This document shows, in pieces, positions 24,697 to 30,025 of a stretch of 30,025 bases of DNA. Positions within the stretch are counted from its first letter, which is position 1. Every line of letters starts with the position of its first letter. The notes beneath the pieces are model-generated. The model worked only from the letters and a program-made list of their open reading frames with translations, ran no database searches and was not told the origin of the DNA. Made by a program: the position numbers and the translations under genes. The stretch is taken from positions 1 through 30,025 of IMG/VR virus record IMGVR_UViG_3300037440_000408. One strand, given 5' to 3'. Origin of the DNA: a virus (taxonomy: Duplodnaviria; Caudoviricetes).

Positions 24697-27600
24697 CTAC
24701 GCGCCCACCGTGTGCCGGATCGCCGACAGCCCCACCGGCCGAAGCAGGTGGGTCGCGAAGTAGCCGAACAGCGCCAGGTCGATGAACGTCGGGCCGGACC
24801 TCTCCTCGTACCGGAAGACCAGGGTCGGCGACTCCCACGCCCACGCGTCCATGCTGTTCAGGGTGAACACGTCGGCGTCACCCGCGGCGTTGCCGGTGAT
24901 CGCCCACGCGGGCACATGCGCCAGCCCGTCCACGAACCAACCCACCTGCACCGCGTTGCCCACCCCGGCGGCGTTCTGGGCGCCCACCGACGGCAGCAGC
25001 GGCCGGTCCTGCGCGTCCTCGGCCGTCGCGAACGCGGAGGTTGCCTCCTGGCTGAGCAGCGCCCGGTCCGGGGCCCCGAACCGGCGGAAGCTGTAGACCG
25101 CCAGCGCCGCCCGCACCCCACGCAGCAGCTCCAGCCCGCCGAAGGTACCGGCAGCCGCCGACCCGCCGGTGGTGGTGCGCACCTGGGCACCGGACGGGAC
25201 GAACCCGGCGGTGATCGTGCCACCCTGCCCCGAGCTGCCGTTGAGCAGCGTGTACACCTTGCTCTCGCTCTGCCGCGCGTAGCTCTCCCGCATCGCGTTG
25301 AGCGCGATCTGGTCGATCACCGGGTTGGAGCTGTCCACGATCTCCCGGGTCAGCTTCAGCAGCCCCGAGATCGCCGTCGGGGTGACCGTCTTGGTCGCGA
25401 ACGCCAGCGTCCCGTCGGACGGAGGAGTCCCCTCCACGTGGTCCGCAGTCGCCCCGGTCGCAGAGCCGAAGATCGGCACCACGAACGGAGTCGAATTCTG
25501 GATCACGCCCCGGGACAGCGCATTCACGAACGGGCGGCCCTGCGCCAACTGCGGCACGAACAGGTCCGGCCGGTACCCCGGCGGGATCACCTCGGCCGCC
25601 GATGTGGTGGTGGTCGGCCCGAACGACAGCAGCTGGTTGGTGGCGAACGCCAGCCGGGAGTGAGCAATCTTGCTCATCTCTTCGGTCTGCTGGTGGAACT
25701 TCCGGATCCGGCCGTACGCCTCATCGTCCCGGTGGAAGTGGGCCGCCCACGCGTCGCGCACCAGGCAGCTTCCGCCGCCGTTGAACGTGTAGATCGGCGC
25801 CTCACGGGTCACCACGAACCGGGCCGCCCGCACCGGCTGCGGCCCGTCGGTCTGCGGGTCGTGGATGTTTTCCAGCGCCGCCTTGATCCCTGCGCTGAAC
25901 GAGTCACCCAGCGACTTGGCCAGGTCCGCGGTCAGCTTCTTGTGACCCTCGGCCATGCTCTCGCCGAGCTTGGTCACGTAGCCGTCCATGTCGAACTGGG
26001 CGGCGGGCGCCGCCGGCTCGGTCTTCTCGGGCATGGCGCCCTTCCCTCCATCTCGGGTTGCTTTGACCGCGGTGACCCGCGCGTCATCGAACGCGGGCAT
26101 CCCCGTTAGGGCGACACCCCGCAGCGTGGCCTGCCGCACCAGTCGAACCGACTCGTCGGACGGGTCGGGCTGCCACTGGTCGCCCATCTCGTCGTCGAAG
26201 TCGACCTCGATGCTGAAGCCATCCCAGCTACCATCCCGGGCCTTTCTCAGCGCCCGGTCCTCCTCCGGTCCCTCGCCGACCTTGAAGGTCGTATCCAGCC
26301 CGCGGCTGGTCGACTGGAGTCGCATCGCGTGACCGACGACCTCGCGGAAGTCGTGATGCAGGTTGAGCTTCACCCTGGCCTCAGTCGACCAGCGAAGCGA
26401 TCCTTCGGCGAACCGCCACTTGGCGAACCCTGAACGGGCAACCTTGCCCCACGGAACCGCCAGACCTGAGATCGTGCGCTTCTCCACGTTCACCCGGAAG
26501 GTCTCCGCGACCTCCGCGGTGTCAAACCGGATCCGGGTCACCCCGTCCCCGTCCGCCTCGAACGCCAACCCCGCCGGCTGGCCAAGCTTGTGGCCGTTGC
26601 TACCGCTCATCGTTGGCTCCCTGCCATTCGGGCGGGCCGGTGGCTGGGCCTGCCGGTCGCCACGCTGGTCCACCCGGGCGCGCTGCGCCGGAGTCAGCGC
26701 CGGCCGATTCTCCAGCTCCCGGATCTCGTCATCGGTGTACGCACCCACCTCAAGCCCGGTCTTGTACGTCGTCATCCGGGTCAGGGTGTCCCCGCGGAGG
26801 AACCCGCCGAAGTCCACCCGGGCCTTGTAGCCGCGGGGGGTCACGTCCCGCATGCTCAGCCGATCCTGAACCGCGGACACGTACGGCCCGTACGTGTCGG
26901 TGATCTTGTCCTGGCGCCGCTCCTCACCGTTCTGGTAGGTCCGGGAGGTGGTCGACACCCCCAGGTCCTCCGGGTCCACCCCGATCGCCCGGGCGATCTC
27001 CAGCACCGCATGCTGCCGCTGATCGGCCAGCTGCAGCTGCTCGGGGTTCCAGCTCAGCGTCTTGGCCTCCAGCCCACCGACGTAGCCCCACGCCCGCCGG
27101 GACCGGGCGGCCTCCCACGCGTCCAGCGCCACGTCGACCTCGGACCGGTCGGTCCCGTCGCCGGCCGAACGCGGCTCGGCCGACAGCGAATCGGCGCCCT
27201 CCGCCGGCGAGAAGTAGCCCAGCGGCAGCGGGTCGGTGGCGTACAGCGCCGCCGCCCGGTCCAACTTCAGACAGGTGCGGATCGCCCTCGCCGCGTGCAG
27301 CAGCAGCGGCGGGTTCGGCGAGTCAAACCGGATGATCTCCCGGTCCGGGACCGATACCCCGTCGATGAACACCTGGCCGTCGACCGGGAACAGCTGATCC
27401 GGGCTGATCTGCGACTGCGACTGGAGCCCGCCAGTTGGGGCCACGTGCACCGCCTGCACCGGCACATGCCGGGCCTGGACCGGGAACCCGTGCCACCCGA
27501 ACGCAGTCACCCGCCACCAGGCGATCCCCTCGAACAACAAGTCCTCGTACACCTGGCTGAATATCACACTGGTCGGGATGTCCGGGTCCGGCTGCTCAAA

Positions 27601-27882
27601 CAGCGGCCACTCGGCCGCCCGCCGGTCCGGGCCGATCTTCCGCAGCGGCAACGTCGCCGGCGTGCAGACCAGGTTGCGGCCCCGCAGCACCGCCATACAC
27701 TGAAGCGCCTCAGCGCGGGAGATCCGCGGCTCGATCGCCCCGCCGGCGGCCATTGCCTCCAGCATCTCCGGGGGGACCTCGACGGTGAACCGGGCGGCCG
27801 GGCGGGGGCTGACCATGGTGGCTCGGGGCGTGGCGGGTCCGGTCTGGTCGAATCCGAACAATCTGCGCCACCCTGAGGCCAC
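24697..27882 (-). CDS. portal - prohead protease - major capsid fusion
   Basis: Portal motifs (EIARAIGV, TYQN.E, EIRELENRP) at about 27882-26611; HK97-type protease (ISGLAVPW, HHD, DGFSI, PAFDDARV) 26610-26035; HK97-fold capsid 26034-24697; no stop between them. Confidence 0.88.
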   Translation of the reverse strand: MASGWRRLFGFDQTGPATPRATMVSPRPAARFTVEVPPEMLEAMAAGGAIEPRISRAEALQCMAVLRGRNLVCTPATLPLRKIGPDRRAAEWPLFEQPDPDIPTSVIFSQVYEDLLFEGIAWWRVTAFGWHGFPVQARHVPVQAVHVAPTGGLQSQSQISPDQLFPVDGQVFIDGVSVPDREIIRFDSPNPPLLLHAARAIRTCLKLDRAAALYATDPLPLGYFSPAEGADSLSAEPRSAGDGTDRSEVDVALDAWEAARSRRAWGYVGGLEAKTLSWNPEQLQLADQRQHAVLEIARAIGVDPEDLGVSTTSRTYQNGEERRQDKITDTYGPYVSAVQDRLSMRDVTPRGYKARVDFGGFLRGDTLTRMTTYKTGLEVGAYTDDEIRELENRPALTPAQRARVDQRGDRQAQPPARPNGREPTMSGSNGHKLGQPAGLAFEADGDGVTRIRFDTAEVAETFRVNVEKRTISGLAVPWGKVARSGFAKWRFAEGSLRWSTEARVKLNLHHDFREVVGHAMRLQSTSRGLDTTFKVGEGPEEDRALRKARDGSWDGFSIEVDFDDEMGDQWQPDPSDESVRLVRQATLRGVALTGMPAFDDARVTAVKATRDGGKGAMPEKTEPAAPAAQFDMDGYVTKLGESMAEGHKKLTADLAKSLGDSFSAGIKAALENIHDPQTDGPQPVRAARFVVTREAPIYTFNGGGSCLVRDAWAAHFHRDDEAYGRIRKFHQQTEEMSKIAHSRLAFATNQLLSFGPTTTTSAAEVIPPGYRPDLFVPQLAQGRPFVNALSRGVIQNSTPFVVPIFGSATGATADHVEGTPPSDGTLAFATKTVTPTAISGLLKLTREIVDSSNPVIDQIALNAMRESYARQSESKVYTLLNGSSGQGGTITAGFVPSGAQVRTTTGGSAAAGTFGGLELLRGVRAALAVYSFRRFGAPDRALLSQEATSAFATAEDAQDRPLLPSVGAQNAAGVGNAVQVGWFVDGLAHVPAWAITGNAAGDADVFTLNSMDAWAWESPTLVFRYEERSGPTFIDLALFGYFATHLLRPVGLSAIRHTVGA

Positions 27883-27930
27883 GCTGTCATCGTACGCTTG
27901 AACTCTCAATTATTGAGCGCTCAACCTAGG
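27883..27930. promoter_or_regulatory. divergent promoter/operator region between portal and terS
   Basis: TACGAT 6 nt before GTG at 27882 (leaderless); two TTGA-N4-TCAA boxes at 27898-27909 and 27913-27924. Confidence 0.6.
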
Positions 27931-27938
27931 GATTTCGG

Positions 27939-28247
27939 ATGAGTCCGGTACGCGATGCTGACAAGCTGGTGCTCCCGCAGGTCCGGCACACCATCGAGCA
28001 ACTGCCGCTGCTGGCGGCCGATAGCGCCGCCGCCACCCTGGCTGAGCGGTACGCCGACGCGATCGACCAGCCCAGCTGCCCCGAATGCGGAGGCCACAAG
28101 CAGGCCCTGATCGACCTCGGCCCCAAACTGCTGGCCGTGCTGGAGTCCCTCGGCGCCACCCCGAAGGCCCGGACCGCCGCCGTGAAGGGAGGTGAGTCCG
28201 CTGGCCAGGGTGCCCTCGCCAGGCTCCGGGCTGCTCGGACGGGCTGA
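27939..28247 (+). CDS. terS: terminase small subunit
   Basis: D.AA..LA.RYADAID...LGPKLLAVLESLGATPKAR; directly upstream of terL. Confidence 0.75.
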   Translation: MSPVRDADKLVLPQVRHTIEQLPLLAADSAAATLAERYADAIDQPSCPECGGHKQALIDLGPKLLAVLESLGATPKARTAAVKGGESAGQGALARLRAARTG

Positions 28248-29688
28248 GCCGCGCCTCTGGACACCCCCGGCGCGGCGGCTCACCCGCGCCACCAGCCGCG
28301 GGTACGAGGTCGCCGACTTCGCCGAGCAGGTCCTCGGCGAGCCGCTGCTCCCCTGGCAACGCTGGCTGGCCATCCACGCCTTGGAGTTGAACGCGGACGG
28401 CACCTACCGCTTCCGCGTCGTATTGGTGCTTGTCGCTAGACAGAGTGGGAAATCCTACGTACTGCGGGTCGTCTCCCTGTGGCGGCTGTTCATGGACGGC
28501 GCCCGGCTGGTCCTCGGCGCTGCCCAGTCGCTCGACATCGCCCGGGAAGTGTGGCAGGCCAGCGTCGACACAGCCAAGAGCGTCCCCGACCTCGCCGCCG
28601 AGATACCCCCGAACGGGGTCCGCTACGCCAACGGTGAACAGTGCCTCACCACCACCGGCGGCGGCCGCTACCGGATCACCGCCGCCACCCGCTCAGCCGG
28701 CCGCGGGCTGGCAGTCGACCAGCTCAACCTTGACGAGTTGCGGGAGCAACGGGACTGGCTGGCGTGGGCGGCGCTTTCGAAGACCACCATGGCCCGCGCC
28801 AACGGGCAGATATGGGCGTTCAGCAGCGGCGGCGACGACCAGTCGGTGGTACTCAACCACCTGCGCGAGGCGGCCCTCTCCGGCCGCGACCCGTCGATCA
28901 TGCTCGCCGAATGGTCCGCCCCCGACGGGTGCGACCTCGACGACTGGGCCGCCATCGCCCAGGCGAACCCCGGACTCGGCCACACCATCTCCGCCCAGGC
29001 CATCCGCACCGCCCAGGCCACCGACCCGCCCGGCACCTACCGGAACGAGGTCCTCTGCCAGAAGATCGAATCCAGCGGCGACGACGCGATCGACATGATC
29101 GCCTGGCGGGACCTCGCCGACCCGGCCGGCACCCTGGAGAGCTACCGCGACCAGGTAGCCGCCGGCATCGACGTAGCCCCCGACGGTGCCCACGTCGCCC
29201 TGATCGCCGCCGCGGTCCAACCCGACGGACGCAGCGTCCGCATCGAGCCGGTCGCCACCTGGAAGTCCACCGACGCGGCGAGGGTCGAGCTGCCGGACCT
29301 GCTCGACCGGATGAACCCGCGCGCCACCGCGTGGTTCCCCTCCGGCCCGGCCGCCTCGCTCGCCCCGATGCTCCGCGCCCGGAAGGGCTCCCTAGAGCTC
29401 AAGGGCGGCGCGGTCTGCGAAGCCTGCCAAGGACTCGCCCAGCTGGTCACCGACCGACTGCTGATCCACCCCGGCGACCCGCTGATCGACGCCCACGCAG
29501 CCGGGGCGATCAAGCTGCACATTGGCGACGGATGGCGATTCTCACGCAGAGGCGGAGGTCACGTGAGCGCGCTGTACGCCGCGAGCGGCGCGGCGTACGC
29601 CGCACTCACCGTCCCGCAGGTGGTCAGGATCAAGCCCCGGGTGGTGGCCGGCCGCCGGCCGAGGGCCGCAGCGGAGGCGACCCGGTAG
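28192..29688 (+). CDS. terL: terminase large subunit
   Basis: LLPWQ, Walker A VARQSGKS, Walker B LNLDELRE, ANPGLG, GIDVAPD. Confidence 0.93.
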   Translation: MSPLARVPSPGSGLLGRAEPRLWTPPARRLTRATSRGYEVADFAEQVLGEPLLPWQRWLAIHALELNADGTYRFRVVLVLVARQSGKSYVLRVVSLWRLFMDGARLVLGAAQSLDIAREVWQASVDTAKSVPDLAAEIPPNGVRYANGEQCLTTTGGGRYRITAATRSAGRGLAVDQLNLDELREQRDWLAWAALSKTTMARANGQIWAFSSGGDDQSVVLNHLREAALSGRDPSIMLAEWSAPDGCDLDDWAAIAQANPGLGHTISAQAIRTAQATDPPGTYRNEVLCQKIESSGDDAIDMIAWRDLADPAGTLESYRDQVAAGIDVAPDGAHVALIAAAVQPDGRSVRIEPVATWKSTDAARVELPDLLDRMNPRATAWFPSGPAASLAPMLRARKGSLELKGGAVCEACQGLAQLVTDRLLIHPGDPLIDAHAAGAIKLHIGDGWRFSRRGGGHVSALYAASGAAYAALTVPQVVRIKPRVVAGRRPRAAAEATR

Positions 29689-29754
29689 CGGCGGCTGAGG
29701 GCGGCTGCGCTGATCAGACCCGCGGAGGCCAGCACCAGGTGCCGGGCGGGAACC

Positions 29755-29847
29755 CACGGTTTCCGGTCCCCGGATCGGAAACCGTGTGAGCCCCGGGCGC
29801 GCGCGGCTCGCAACTTCTGGTTCCTGAGAGCCAGAAGTTGCGAGCCG
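29755..29847. terminator. two long inverted repeats downstream of terL
   Basis: 29755-29786 (arms match 14/15) and 29804-29847 (perfect 17-bp arms). Confidence 0.55.
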
Positions 29848-29902
29848 AAGGAGCGAGCTGGGGGGAGAGGCGAAGTGCGGACAGACTCCACGCACTCTCA
29901 AG

Positions 29903-29931
29903 ATCATATCGGACCCCCGAGGCGGGTGCAA
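29903..29931 (-). promoter_or_regulatory. candidate leftward promoter, antisense to terL
   Basis: TTGCAC - 17 nt - TATGAT. Confidence 0.5.
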
Positions 29932-30025
29932 ACCTGTCAAGCACCGACACGACAACGATCCCGCAACGATTCGCGAGCCGGCCAGATGGCCGGCCACCAG
30001 GCCGGCCCCGGGGAGAGAGGGCTCT

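Larger units (their letters stand above)
1..30025. mobile_element. temperate actinobacterial siphovirus-like genome, non-integrated form
   Basis: Integration, replication, packaging, head and tail modules all present; no host genes recognised; internal attP. Confidence 0.85.

Noticed and set aside
27900-30025. Recombinase-driven invertible terminase segment
   Set aside because: No flanking inverted repeats found; the shared ACTCTCAA is short and in direct orientation

Overview
A high-GC actinobacterial temperate siphovirus-like genome that looks complete or nearly complete and non-integrated, since an attP-like 3' half of tRNA-Arg(CCT) lies between phage genes. The left arm (minus strand) carries a short tyrosine integrase, a structured leader, an MT-A70 methyltransferase, HTH and Zn-finger proteins, Prim-Pol, a RepA-like AAA helicase, a repeat-rich putative origin, a lipoprotein and an HNH endonuclease. 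A plus-strand accessory operon (8.2-10.8 kb) ends in a Topo VI-A/Spo11-like TOPRIM protein. The structural arm (11.1-27.9 kb, minus strand) runs from head to tail-tip genes. Most notable: (1) portal, prohead protease and major capsid protein form one ~1060-aa ORF with SD-led in-frame internal starts at both domain junctions; (2) a PhoD-type phosphatase is fused to the tail hub protein; (3) terS-terL is inverted, divergent from the portal gene, with an operator-like array between them and a candidate antisense sRNA downstream; (4) no endolysin and no CI-type repressor are recognisable, while several structured RNA leaders are present. All family assignments come from motif recognition by eye, not database searches.
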